DNA from: an uncultured Pseudomonadota bacterium
Lineage (GTDB): Bacteria; Oederibacteriota; Muellerivitia; Muellerivitales; Muellerivitaceae
Reading direction: 5' to 3'
Length of the DNA stretch: 64,000 nucleotides
Assembly (NCBI GenBank): GCA_963770835.1
Contig: CAVYRH010000026.1
Coordinates: forward strand, 128,001-192,000
Shown here one piece after another: positions 8,845-18,628 of the stretch. Each line of letters opens with the position of its first letter. The stretch's first letter is position 1. Under the pieces are notes generated by a model. It was not told the DNA's origin. It did not search any database and saw only the letters and a list, made by a program, of their open reading frames with translations. Both the position numbers and the translations under genes were made by a program.

Positions 8845-9047
8845 TAAATGACTATTTGTAAATTCCATGTAAATTAATATACCGCGAAAGAAACAATAAA
8901 ACCAGGCCTATTGATTGTTTTGCCCGAATTTTGGCTAAGTATGTCGTTGCTTGGGGAAGCTTACGAATCAGGCGCGGTTGCAGGGAGCCCGCGCAAGAAG
9001 CGAGTCCGATAGGAAACGAAGGTTGTCCACGACGGGGAGGCGTTTTG

Positions 9048-9455
9048 TTGGATTCTTTAAAATGGGTGAAATTCCAGCATAAAGAGATTCTATCCGTAAC
9101 ATTCCTTAAATGTTCAGAGGAAGAGTCCCTTATCCAACTGAAAAGCGTTGTCCATGAACTTTCCAGCCGGGAAAAGGGCGAAGTGCTGATGCTGGCCGAC
9201 CTTACCCAGGCGAGTTTTTGGCCAAGGGTCGCTTTGGAATGGCAAAGGCAGCAGCAGTTCCTAAATTCCAAATGCTCGAAAGTCGCCGTGCTGGGGGCGA
9301 TGGGTGTCATTTCCATCGCGGTGCAGACCTTCCTCAATGTGGCCCAAGCCGGGGGACTCCGGGTCGGGGAAAAGGCCCGGTTCTTTGAGAATCCCGATCT
9401 GGCCAAAGAATGGCTGGTGAGTGAGGATGGACAATGGCCAAGGATGGTTGGGTGA
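9048..9455 (+). CDS. STAS/SEC14 (SpoIIAA-like) domain protein
   Basis: GGGGAGG RBS at 9034-9040 before TTG; VLMLADLT, KVAVLG, FFENPDLAKEWL pattern. Confidence 0.6.
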   Translation: MDSLKWVKFQHKEILSVTFLKCSEEESLIQLKSVVHELSSREKGEVLMLADLTQASFWPRVALEWQRQQQFLNSKCSKVAVLGAMGVISIAVQTFLNVAQAGGLRVGEKARFFENPDLAKEWLVSEDGQWPRMVG

Positions 9456-9467
9456 GGAGGGTGATGG

Positions 9468-10754
9468 GTGGCACGAAAGACACGAAGCCTCTTAACGTTT
9501 CTGGCGGCGGTTTTCCTGCTGGGCGGGGCCGGGTGCGGGGCTCCCGAATCCAAACCCATCCTGTTGCGCTGGGCCACTTGGGGGGATGTTTCCGGAACCA
9601 ATATCCTCCAGGCGGCGGTGGATGGATTCAAGAAAGCCCATCCCGGAGTGGAGGTCCGGTTGGAACGCACCCCCTTCGGCGAATATACCAGCAAACTCTT
9701 GGTTCAATATTCGGCGGGAATGGCCCCCGACGTCATGGCGGTGAATTGCGACATGCTGCCCGCTTTCGCGGCCAAGGGGGTCCTGGCCGACCTCAAGCCT
9801 TACGTGGACAAAGACCCTTCGATCCAATTAAGCGATTATTTTCCCGAGGCGATTGACCACTACACCGTCCATGGGACTTTAACCGCCATCCCCAGCGACA
9901 TTTCCCCCATCTGCGTTATTTATTACAACAAGAAAAAATTCGACGAGGCCCGGTTGCCTTATCCCAAGGACGACTGGGATGTGGATCGGTTCCTTAAGAC
10001 CGCTCAACAATTGATGAAAAAAGATTCCCAGGGGAATGTCACCCAATACGGCTTTGTGGATGAGTGGCCCCTCTGGGACGCCTGGGTTTACACCTTCGGC
10101 GGGCAAATGGTGGATGACGAGAAAAAACCTACCCGGTGCACCCTGGATAGCCCCCAAGCCATCAGCGGGGTCCAGTTCCGGGCGGACCTGATGAACCGCT
10201 ACAAGGTGATGCCGGGCCCGGCCTATATCACAGCCATGGGGGGGCTGGGAAATTCCCAGCTTTTCATCAACGGGACCGTGGCCATGTACCACAGCGGCAT
10301 CTGGCAATCCCCGGCTTTCCGGCAGATCAAGGATTTTGACTGGGACGTGGTGGAGTTTCCCAAGGGGCTCCACGGCCACCGGGGCTTTCCCATGGATGCG
10401 GCGGGATACGGGGTCTTGAAAGGCAGCGCCCATCCCGAACTGGCCTATGAGTTGGCAAAGTACCTGACCGGGGAAGACGCGGAAAAGTACATCGGGGCAA
10501 CGGGGCTGATCCAACCCGCCCTCCAAAAAGTGGCCCGATCTAAGGTATTCCTGGACGGGCAAAAGCCCCGCTCCAAGGGTTTCCTGCCGGGGTCGGTGAA
10601 GTACGGCCATTACCGGTCTTTCGACCCCGATGTGATGGAGTGGACGAACTTGGTGGGTTCCGAATTGGACCGGGTTTGGGATGGTACCGAGACGGCCGCC
10701 CAGGCGCTGGGGAAGGCCGTCCGGGAAGTGAACGGGAAGTTTTTCCGGAAATAA
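9468..10754 (+). CDS. Sugar ABC transporter substrate-binding lipoprotein
   Basis: Lipobox GAGC; APDVM, IYYNKKKFDEA, FINGTVAMY, WDVVEFP (SBP family 1). No permease is adjacent. Confidence 0.88.
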   Translation: MARKTRSLLTFLAAVFLLGGAGCGAPESKPILLRWATWGDVSGTNILQAAVDGFKKAHPGVEVRLERTPFGEYTSKLLVQYSAGMAPDVMAVNCDMLPAFAAKGVLADLKPYVDKDPSIQLSDYFPEAIDHYTVHGTLTAIPSDISPICVIYYNKKKFDEARLPYPKDDWDVDRFLKTAQQLMKKDSQGNVTQYGFVDEWPLWDAWVYTFGGQMVDDEKKPTRCTLDSPQAISGVQFRADLMNRYKVMPGPAYITAMGGLGNSQLFINGTVAMYHSGIWQSPAFRQIKDFDWDVVEFPKGLHGHRGFPMDAAGYGVLKGSAHPELAYELAKYLTGEDAEKYIGATGLIQPALQKVARSKVFLDGQKPRSKGFLPGSVKYGHYRSFDPDVMEWTNLVGSELDRVWDGTETAAQALGKAVREVNGKFFRK

Positions 10755-10915
10755 GATTCCAGGTGAAAATTGATTTTAGGCCTTATTAAAAGTCAAAAGG
10801 ACTCACAAAACCAACTAGCCACCGCTTGTGCAGTTTTCATTAAAAAAATTATTTAACAGAACTTTTTTTTGATCTTAAGGCAACTTATTGTCATGATCTT
10901 CGCGAAGGTCTTTAG

Positions 10916-13522
10916 TTGAAAGGATTGAATTTGCTAAAGCGACTATCCGTTATTTTTATCTTCTTATCGATCAGCTTTTTCATTTCAATTCCGGCGTCTA
11001 CACAGACAAAAGATGTAAAGTTGGAATCCGAGCCTGAGGCCTTAAGCCAAAGATCTCTCCAAGTCTTTAACCACGATGTGACACTGACGAAGTCCGCGCC
11101 CGTAAGCTATTCGTCCTCCTTCCAAACTTTGTTAAACCGCGTCAAACTTCACCAAGTAATAATAAATTTTAAAAGCATCGCCTCAAATCCCAGTCCGAAA
11201 AGCATCCAGCCTTTTAAATTCAAGATAAACCGCATCAAACCAACCGTCTTATCGGCTGCCCGAAATGGGAGCGGTGTGGCAAAAACCTTCCGGGACAGCC
11301 TCATCAAAAAATCGGAGCCCGTCCTATTGACCTCCAAAGGCTACGTGCTTAAAAAAATACCTTACCAACTGACGACCTCCGGACTGGCATGGTGGGCGGG
11401 CCTGAAGTGGCATGGGCCGATTACTTGTTATACCTGTGGAAATCCCATCCCCCTCATCGGAACCACCATCTGCCCCTCAACGACTTCCGCGGTTACGGCC
11501 GATGATGGCATCGACCATCCTTTTTCCGACGATATAAATCAAATGCTTTTGGCGGATAACAATCCCCAGGCGAATCGTTCCTTCGCGTTCCCCTTTGTGA
11601 CGGAAACCCCCAATATCACCTTCTGCCTGCCCGCCTATCTTGTCTTTGTTCAACCCGATGGATACCAAAGCATCCAGGCCGATCCAGTCGCCGTCGAAGT
11701 TCAATCCTTGGTTCTTGACGCAGGTGGAAGCTCCATACCCGATTCCAAGGACCCGTCCGGTTTGGAATGGCAGCAGTACCCCGGCTCTTCAATCGCGGTA
11801 AGCCCAGGCGCGGGCGGGTTACCGATCAATTACGCGATTAATACTTTTGGGGATTTATGGGAAGTCAATCTGGGGTTTAATTCAGTCTCCACATCGCCTT
11901 TTGCTTTCCTGGAAGGGAACGCCACTTCCCAACCCGCCAACAATTTGCTCAATCTTTCAATTAACTTAACTAATGTCGCTACGGTCATTAGGTTCGTCAT
12001 TTCGGATTGCAGCAAGGGAAATAACTGTTCGGATCCGGCCTCGGCTTCCCCGATTTTGACAACCTCCCCCATTGTCCTGGTGGATGAGCCAACGGCTTTT
12101 GCCCAGTTAAAAGTACAGCCGCTTTTTATCGTTTACGCCCCACCGGGGACTCAAAGCAGTTGTTCCTACCAGTTGGGGCAGTCCATCGTCTCAAGTTTCA
12201 CCTTGGGGGCCTCCTCTACTTCTTCCCAGACCGATACCCAGGTCACTCAATCCAGCATCGGTTTTACGGCTTCCGCGGGGGGGGGCGGACAGGATCCCAA
12301 CTCGGTCGACCCAAGCGGAGGCGGGGGTGGCAATCCGGATTCCTTCCCCCTGTCCCCCGGCTTTAATTTCAGCACCTCCAACGGCTGGGACAACTCGACC
12401 CAAACGGTCTCCAGTTCTACTTTGACCAATGGTAATAGCATCCAGTTCGCGACATCCTCAACCCAGCAAATCAGTACCCAGCCGGTTACTTTGGATTCTT
12501 CCCATCAGGCCCCGTTTTGGAACGACCAATATTTTCTTTTGGTCCATCCCCAATATGTTTTATGGAATTTGTTGAACCCAACGGAAGGGCAGACCAGTTA
12601 TATCCAATACAACTTAATAGCCGCGAGCGATACGACCGTCCAGATTTCGGTGTATACATTGGACCAATGCGCCCAGGGGAATTGCGAACAAGCCTCCTTT
12701 GCCACGAATGGTTCGACGGAAACTTTAACACCCCAAGATTGCCAACAGCTTTTGACACTTGACCCTTTTTATGTCAATGGCCAGCACTTCCTCACCAACA
12801 ACGCGCCGCCCAACAACACCAGCCCCGTCGGGTCGTGGGTGAAAACATTGACCGTGGGCTTGGGGTCGAAGGAAAATTACAGCGCCTTAAAAACATCCGT
12901 CACAGGATACTCCGGCTCCTATGCAACCACCCTTACTTCCTCGATTACCTCCAGCACCGGGGTCACGACCTCCCTTGGATTCTCGGTTGGTTCAAGCAGC
13001 AGCTTGAAATTGGGAATAAATGGAACCATCAGTAATTCCACCACCAACTCAACGACCAACAGCAACGCGAATTCCCAGGGAGTATCCATCAATTTAAGCG
13101 CCACTCAACAGGCCGCGGTATCGTTGATTCCGTCTCCGGGGTTTCCAATTTTCACTAAAATATTCACGAACAACAGTTATGGAACCTTGATGTTTCCAGC
13201 TTCGCCCCCCGCCGTAACCGGTTTATGCCCTTCCGCGACCCCCTACGCCACCGGCTGCCAATCGATAAGTTCGACATCGATGGCGGCTTCCGTCACCTGG
13301 GCCCAAGGATCCCAAGAGTACATTGTTGGAAGCGGGTTCACGGACACCCAAAGCGTCCTTTTTGGAAGCCAGCCGGCCACTTTTTTAGTGAATTCCGACG
13401 ACCTTATTTCCGTCACGGTGCCGACCGTCAACCCGGCCGCGACCGCGCCTTTCCAGTCGGAACTTTTCATCGCAGGGCTAGGGTTTCAAACATTGGACGT
13501 CGGACCCCTTTTCCTTCAATAA
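10916..13522 (+). CDS. Large secreted Ser/Thr-rich protein with C-terminal IPT/TIG domain
   Basis: 868-aa ORF, signal peptide, C-terminal IVGSGFTDTQSVLFG...ISVTVP (IPT-like); visibly lower GC than the flanks. Confidence 0.7.
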   Translation: MKGLNLLKRLSVIFIFLSISFFISIPASTQTKDVKLESEPEALSQRSLQVFNHDVTLTKSAPVSYSSSFQTLLNRVKLHQVIINFKSIASNPSPKSIQPFKFKINRIKPTVLSAARNGSGVAKTFRDSLIKKSEPVLLTSKGYVLKKIPYQLTTSGLAWWAGLKWHGPITCYTCGNPIPLIGTTICPSTTSAVTADDGIDHPFSDDINQMLLADNNPQANRSFAFPFVTETPNITFCLPAYLVFVQPDGYQSIQADPVAVEVQSLVLDAGGSSIPDSKDPSGLEWQQYPGSSIAVSPGAGGLPINYAINTFGDLWEVNLGFNSVSTSPFAFLEGNATSQPANNLLNLSINLTNVATVIRFVISDCSKGNNCSDPASASPILTTSPIVLVDEPTAFAQLKVQPLFIVYAPPGTQSSCSYQLGQSIVSSFTLGASSTSSQTDTQVTQSSIGFTASAGGGGQDPNSVDPSGGGGGNPDSFPLSPGFNFSTSNGWDNSTQTVSSSTLTNGNSIQFATSSTQQISTQPVTLDSSHQAPFWNDQYFLLVHPQYVLWNLLNPTEGQTSYIQYNLIAASDTTVQISVYTLDQCAQGNCEQASFATNGSTETLTPQDCQQLLTLDPFYVNGQHFLTNNAPPNNTSPVGSWVKTLTVGLGSKENYSALKTSVTGYSGSYATTLTSSITSSTGVTTSLGFSVGSSSSLKLGINGTISNSTTNSTTNSNANSQGVSINLSATQQAAVSLIPSPGFPIFTKIFTNNSYGTLMFPASPPAVTGLCPSATPYATGCQSISSTSMAASVTWAQGSQEYIVGSGFTDTQSVLFGSQPATFLVNSDDLISVTVPTVNPAATAPFQSELFIAGLGFQTLDVGPLFLQ

Positions 13523-13935
13523 ATCCACTCAATATCCAGTGAGGGGTTTTTAAAAACCTCGATTACAACCAAGTTTTATTTTCTGTCCGTGTGGCTAACC
13601 AAAAGCGGCCAGGCTGGGCTTCCCCTTTTTCCTTTTATCGCAAGAATTCCCCCCGCCGCACACCGTCGAAAACTATTTCCAAAGAGCTTTTCATGGACAT
13701 GACCCTCCCAATGGCGACGCGGGGTGTTACTGGCAAAAATCCGCGTAAACGGAAGGGAGGAACCCGTGGAAAAATCCAGCTGCTGGGACAGGTGGCCGGC
13801 AAAACGGCGCAATTACAGGAACTGTTCATCACGGGACTTGCGCCCGGAGAAATCCCAGCGCCAGTTGGCCCCGGGGATTCGGCCCGGCGCGGCCGGGGCA
13901 TTGACTCAACTGGGATAGGCGGTTAGCATCGTTCC

Positions 13936-15192
13936 ATGTCTTTTTCCCTGAAATTCATCGCGGGCCTCGGCACCCTTTGCCTGCTTTGGGCGGCCGCGCC
14001 CGGCGCCACATGGGCTGATAACGGCACTGGGTCCCCCACAGCCACCCCCACCCCTACCGCCCTGCCCGGCCCGACCCCCACGGCCAGTGCCTTGTCCAGT
14101 GGTTGGGTCGGCGCGAAACTTTATACCTTTGACACCGTCTTCGGGAGCAAGGGCTCAGGCCCGGGCGAACTCGACGACCCCGAGGGCATTTGCGTGGGAC
14201 CCGGCGACAACCTTTACATCGCGGACACCAACAACAACCGCATCCAAGTGTGGAATAGCGATGGAAAGCCCGTCAAAACCATCGGCTCCTTCGGCATCTC
14301 CGCCACGTGGCGCAATGACCCCCAATTCGACCACCCCGCGGGGGTGCTGGCGGTCCCCGGCGGCCAGGTCTACGTCGCCGACACCAACAACAACCGCATC
14401 GTGTTGCTGGACCCGGACGGGCTCGTCGTGCTGGCCTGGGGAAGCCAGGGAAGCCGCCACCGCCAGTTCAACCAGCCTCGGGTCGTGGCCCAGGACCATT
14501 TTGGGAACATCTGGGTGCTGGATACGGGGAACTCTCGGGTCAGCAACTTCACTAACGACGGGAAACTCAACTTCGTCTGGGGGAAATTCGGCTCGAAGGA
14601 CGGCTTCTTCAACTTTCCGATGGGGATGGCATTGAACCAGATCGACCAGGGCGTCATCTCCGATTCGGGAAACTTCCGCATGCAGATCTTCAACGACCGG
14701 TCGCCGTCCAACGTCAATTATTCCCCGGTCACCGACGCCACGGGCGCCGTCACGCTGGAGCCCACCCCCGTCGACACCAGCCCCGTCACGGTGCAGGGCT
14801 GGTTCGGGGACGGGCCCTGCCAATTCAAGGAACCGGCCGGGGCGGTCGTCAATAAAACCGGCATGATCTTCGTGGCCGACGGCGTGACGGGCCGACTGGA
14901 GATTTTCAACAAGAGCCCCTTCGAATACTACGGCGAATGGAAGGCCCAGGACGAGAAGCTGGGCCTGGCCTCCCCCCCGCATTTCCGGGGCCTGGCCTGC
15001 GATTCCCAGAACCGGCTTTACATCACCGACATCCAGAACGATTGCGTCATCCGCCTGAAATTGGTCAAGGCGGATGAGCCCCTGATCAAGATCGATGTCA
15101 CCCCCCAGCCGTCGGCAACCCCGGTTCCCACCTTCACCCCCACGCCCGACGACTCAAGCCCCTTTGGGGGGCAGGGTTTTCCCATCCGATAG
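13936..15192 (+). CDS. Secreted NHL-repeat beta-propeller with Pro/Thr linkers
   Basis: Repeated G..G.F..P.GI...YIADTNNNRI units; signal peptide; PT-rich N and C termini. Confidence 0.88.
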   Translation: MSFSLKFIAGLGTLCLLWAAAPGATWADNGTGSPTATPTPTALPGPTPTASALSSGWVGAKLYTFDTVFGSKGSGPGELDDPEGICVGPGDNLYIADTNNNRIQVWNSDGKPVKTIGSFGISATWRNDPQFDHPAGVLAVPGGQVYVADTNNNRIVLLDPDGLVVLAWGSQGSRHRQFNQPRVVAQDHFGNIWVLDTGNSRVSNFTNDGKLNFVWGKFGSKDGFFNFPMGMALNQIDQGVISDSGNFRMQIFNDRSPSNVNYSPVTDATGAVTLEPTPVDTSPVTVQGWFGDGPCQFKEPAGAVVNKTGMIFVADGVTGRLEIFNKSPFEYYGEWKAQDEKLGLASPPHFRGLACDSQNRLYITDIQNDCVIRLKLVKADEPLIKIDVTPQPSATPVPTFTPTPDDSSPFGGQGFPIR

Positions 15193-15345
15193 AAGCGCCG
15201 AAAAGCGGAGGTGGGAAGGCGTGGCTGCGACAGGTCCCCAAAACATTTTTCGAACACCCTGTTAAGCCTTTTCCCCTTTTGCCGTTAGGAATCCTTGTAA
15301 CGGCCTTCTCTCCAAAGTTAAGATGAAAACCTTCAAGGAGCTCTC

Positions 15346-15708
15346 TTGATGAAAATAGTAGCCGGTATCCTCTTATTGCTCTTGTTCCTGGTTTCGGTCC
15401 CCGCGCTGGCGGACCCGCCCCTCAAGGTCGTTTACAGCACGACCACTTCCACCACTTTCAAGTGGACTTGGCCCTACCACCCGGTTCGCGTTTACAACGC
15501 CACACAGGCCAAGCCCTACTACACCACCGGCAGGGCCCTGGCCCTCAGCGTGGAGGATGTCTCCAAATACCGCTTCTATTACCCCGAGAGGACCTGCCGA
15601 AACGATTGGGGTTATTACTTCCCGAAGGGCGTGAAGCTTTGCCCCCGCCACCCTGCGATTCTCTTTGGGCAGCCCCAGTACTACACCGAGATCATCTACC
15701 AGAAATAG
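15346..15708 (+). CDS. Hypothetical secreted Tyr-rich protein
   Basis: AAGGAG RBS, signal peptide ending ALA-D, two Cys. Confidence 0.65.
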   Translation: MMKIVAGILLLLLFLVSVPALADPPLKVVYSTTTSTTFKWTWPYHPVRVYNATQAKPYYTTGRALALSVEDVSKYRFYYPERTCRNDWGYYFPKGVKLCPRHPAILFGQPQYYTEIIYQK

Positions 15709-15957
15709 AATTAGGCCCAAACCGTCTGGGTTATTTCTACAATTTTGTCCAGCGTTCCCTCAGGTCGTTTCCTATAACGCTTAAAATTCCCGCTCAAGTC
15801 CACTTTCGAGAGCTAAAAAACCTTTCCGGCTATTCGCGAAGGCTTCCCGCGGTCCCTTTTCACTCCTCGCTGTTGTTTTTTCCCTTGGTACAACTATTGC
15901 TTTAGTTTCCACCGAACTCGCAGGGGCTTTAAAACCGCTGAAACTGGAAGGGCGGGA

Positions 15958-16437
15958 ATGTTCCGGAAATTCAAATTTGAAGAAGACATTTACTCCAAAT
16001 TACAGGGTATTCCGATGTCCACCCGTTACAAGTTGGACCGGGTCGGGCTCAAGCTCGGGCTTAAAAGCTGGAACCGCTTCTCGGCGGAGGAAAAACAGGT
16101 TTTATGCCATCTTTCCGTCCGGAGCCAGGGGGAGATGGAGTGCTACAAGGAATACCTCCTCTACCTGCTGAACCGGCTTAAGGAAAAACCCGAATGGGTC
16201 GATCCCGAATTGGGTAAAAGGGAAAAGTCCCAGTGGGAAAACCTGAGCCGGATACCCGAAAGCGTTTATTTGAAGGTCATTTCCCTCAAAGGATTGATGA
16301 CCCCCGTGGAATGGATCCGGTTGGACGACCTGGAACGCTACGCCTTGTTCCGCCTTTCCGTGGAAAAATACACCGACGCCCTTTTCGGAAAGGCCCTGGA
16401 GGAGTTTTTAGGCCTTTCCACCGCCAAACCGGCCTAA
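15958..16437 (+). CDS. Nitrate reductase-associated protein family (NarM-like)
   Basis: F.FEED....L..IPM..RYKLD..GLKL....W N-terminus and W..LDDLERYAL..L C-terminus. Confidence 0.7.
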   Translation: MFRKFKFEEDIYSKLQGIPMSTRYKLDRVGLKLGLKSWNRFSAEEKQVLCHLSVRSQGEMECYKEYLLYLLNRLKEKPEWVDPELGKREKSQWENLSRIPESVYLKVISLKGLMTPVEWIRLDDLERYALFRLSVEKYTDALFGKALEEFLGLSTAKPA

Positions 16438-16607
16438 TTTAATCTTTTTCTCAACCCCGGATGCCTAGTTGTTACGAATCCGAGGAAAACTTGTAACAAA
16501 AGATTAACCTGGTTTTGGGATCATTCTTACCAAGCCATACCGACCCAACATCTTTCAACGCCGACTTCCACGCCCAGCCGTTCCCATCCGGGAGGAGGAT
16601 TGATTGT

Positions 16608-16793
16608 ATGTTGAACCTGGACCGATATTCCGAGAGCATTTTGTTCCAATGCGACCGGTGCCAGCATGTAGGGGAATTATTCACCGATGTGGTGGAGGAT
16701 GAAGGCTACTTTTATTGCTGGGGTTGTTTAACCGAGATGAAAAACCAGAAGGAAAAAAAGGGGGAGGTGAACCAAAGATCCTATGCCCACTAA
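16608..16793 (+). CDS. Small CxxC...CxxC zinc-finger-like protein
   Basis: GGAGGAGG RBS at 16591; CDRC and CWGC. Confidence 0.6.
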   Translation: MLNLDRYSESILFQCDRCQHVGELFTDVVEDEGYFYCWGCLTEMKNQKEKKGEVNQRSYAH

Positions 16794-16965
16794 CGAAGTT
16801 TCTGTTGGGGAGACCGCGCTTGTGCGGTGTGGAGACTGCGGGACCGAGGCCGATGTGCGGTCCATATTCACCGAGGAAAGCGGAAAACACTTTTGCCTGG
16901 CCTGCTGGCTGGGGAAGGGAAACCGCAAGGTTGCAAGCCGTAAACTGACTGTCGTCGAACTTTAA
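16783..16965 (+). CDS. Small CxxC...CxxC zinc-finger-like protein
   Basis: GGAGG upstream; overlaps the previous ORF; CGDC and CLAC. Confidence 0.55.
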   Translation: MPTNEVSVGETALVRCGDCGTEADVRSIFTEESGKHFCLACWLGKGNRKVASRKLTVVEL

Positions 16966-17035
16966 ATTTAAAAGTTTTTAAGAATTCCAAATCCCCAATA
17001 GGGTGGTTCTGGAATTTTTTTTTGCCCGGTTCCGG

Positions 17036-17779
17036 TCAAACCTGGATTTTCGAAAAAAGATATCCCCCCACCACCAGCAGGAAAGCCGAGCAAAGGCTCA
17101 AAACCGCCAGGTCCGTTCCCAAGCCGTAAAAGGAAGCCATTCCCAGCGAAGCCCGCAGGCCGTCGATCCCGTAGGAAAGGGGGTTCAAAGTGGTCACCAG
17201 GGCCATCCCCTTGGGCAGCCCTTCCAGGGGGAACATGGCGCCGGACAAAAAGAAAAGCGGCATGACCAGGAAATTCATGATGAGGGGAAAAGCTTGCATG
17301 TCGTTCAGCTGGGAGGCCAGGGCCGTCCCAAAGGCCGTGAAGAGCACGGCGATGAGAAACATGAAAACCAGGGCCATGGGGACCTCCCGAAGCCCGGGGC
17401 GGAAGCCGAAAAGAAAGGCCAGGAAGAAAACGCTGATGCCCTGGAGCATGGCCACCGTGGCGCCTCCCAGGGTGCGGCCGATCATGATATGCAGGCGCGG
17501 CACCGGGGCCACCAGGGTTTCCTTCAGGAACCCGAACTGGCGGTCCCAAATGATCTCGATGCCCGAAAAGACACCGGTGAAAAGGACGCCCATGGCGATC
17601 ACGCCGGGCGCGAGGAACTGCAGGTAATCCCCCCGGCCGGACTGAGAATAAATCCTCCCGAAGCCGATTCCGAAGGCCAAAAGGAAGATCAAGGGCTGGC
17701 CCAGGGAACCGATCATGCGGGGCTTGGACCGGAAATAGCGCTTCAATTGCCGCAGCCACATGATGTAAACAGTGATCAT
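17036..17779 (-). CDS. ABC-2 type permease (DrrB-like)
   Basis: DRQFGFLKETLVAPV, FFLSGAMFP, NPLSY; six TM segments; start MITVY. Confidence 0.9.
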   Translation of the reverse strand: MITVYIMWLRQLKRYFRSKPRMIGSLGQPLIFLLAFGIGFGRIYSQSGRGDYLQFLAPGVIAMGVLFTGVFSGIEIIWDRQFGFLKETLVAPVPRLHIMIGRTLGGATVAMLQGISVFFLAFLFGFRPGLREVPMALVFMFLIAVLFTAFGTALASQLNDMQAFPLIMNFLVMPLFFLSGAMFPLEGLPKGMALVTTLNPLSYGIDGLRASLGMASFYGLGTDLAVLSLCSAFLLVVGGYLFSKIQV

Positions 17780-17781
17780 CT

Positions 17782-18579
17782 TTAGCGCCTCCACATTTTT
17801 TTCATCATCCGCATGGTCTCGGCGTTGGAGGCGTCTTCGTCGCGCAGGGTGTGGCCCGTCAGCTTGATAAAGGCCTCCTCCAGGGATTTGGCCCGGGCTT
17901 TTTTCTTGAGCGCGGCGGGGGTGCCCTGTGCAATGATCTTGCCGTGGTCGATGATGGTCACCTGGTCGGCCACGCGGTCCGCCTCCTCCATGTAATGGGT
18001 GGTGAAGAAGACCGTGATGCCTTCCCGCTTGTTGAGGTTTTGGATGTAATTCCAGATATGGTTGCGGGTCTGGGGGTCCAGCCCGACGGTGGGCTCGTCC
18101 AAAAAGAGGATGAGGGGATGGTGAAGGAGTCCCCGGGCGATTTCCAAGCGGCGTTTCATGCCCCCGGAGAAGTGCTTCACCAAGTCGTCGCGGCGGTCCC
18201 AAAGTTCCACGACCTTCAGCAACTCCTCAACGCGTTTGCGCCTCAGGTCCGCGGGAACCTTGTACAAAACGCCGTGGAACTCCATGTTTTCCCTGGCCGT
18301 CAGTTCATCGTCCAGGCTGGGGTCCTGGAACACGATGCCGAAACTGCGTCGGACGCCGGCCTGGTCGGTGGCGGGGTCGTGGCCGTCCAACAGGACTCGG
18401 CCCGAAGTGGGTTTTAAGAGCGTCGTGAGCATCTTGATGGAAGTGGTTTTGCCCGCGCCGTTGGGCCCCAGGAAGCCGAAGATCCGGCCCTTTTCCACGC
18501 TGAAGGAGATGCCGTTGACGGCGGTGAAATCGCCGAATTTTTTGGTGAGATTTTCGACATTGATGATGGGAGATTTCAT
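17782..18579 (-). CDS. ABC transporter ATP-binding protein (DrrA-like)
   Basis: GPNGAGKTT, FSGGMKRR, LFLDEPT, TTHYMEEA. Confidence 0.95.
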   Translation of the reverse strand: MKSPIINVENLTKKFGDFTAVNGISFSVEKGRIFGFLGPNGAGKTTSIKMLTTLLKPTSGRVLLDGHDPATDQAGVRRSFGIVFQDPSLDDELTARENMEFHGVLYKVPADLRRKRVEELLKVVELWDRRDDLVKHFSGGMKRRLEIARGLLHHPLILFLDEPTVGLDPQTRNHIWNYIQNLNKREGITVFFTTHYMEEADRVADQVTIIDHGKIIAQGTPAALKKKARAKSLEEAFIKLTGHTLRDEDASNAETMRMMKKMWRR

Positions 18580-18628
18580 GGCCGTTCTTTTTAACATAAG
18601 GGGAGCCCTAAACCAAGTTCGGGGTTTT

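Noticed and set aside
13591..13926. Small ORFs between the 868-aa gene and the NHL gene
   Set aside because: Several overlapping short frames with no recognisable motif; I cannot support any one.
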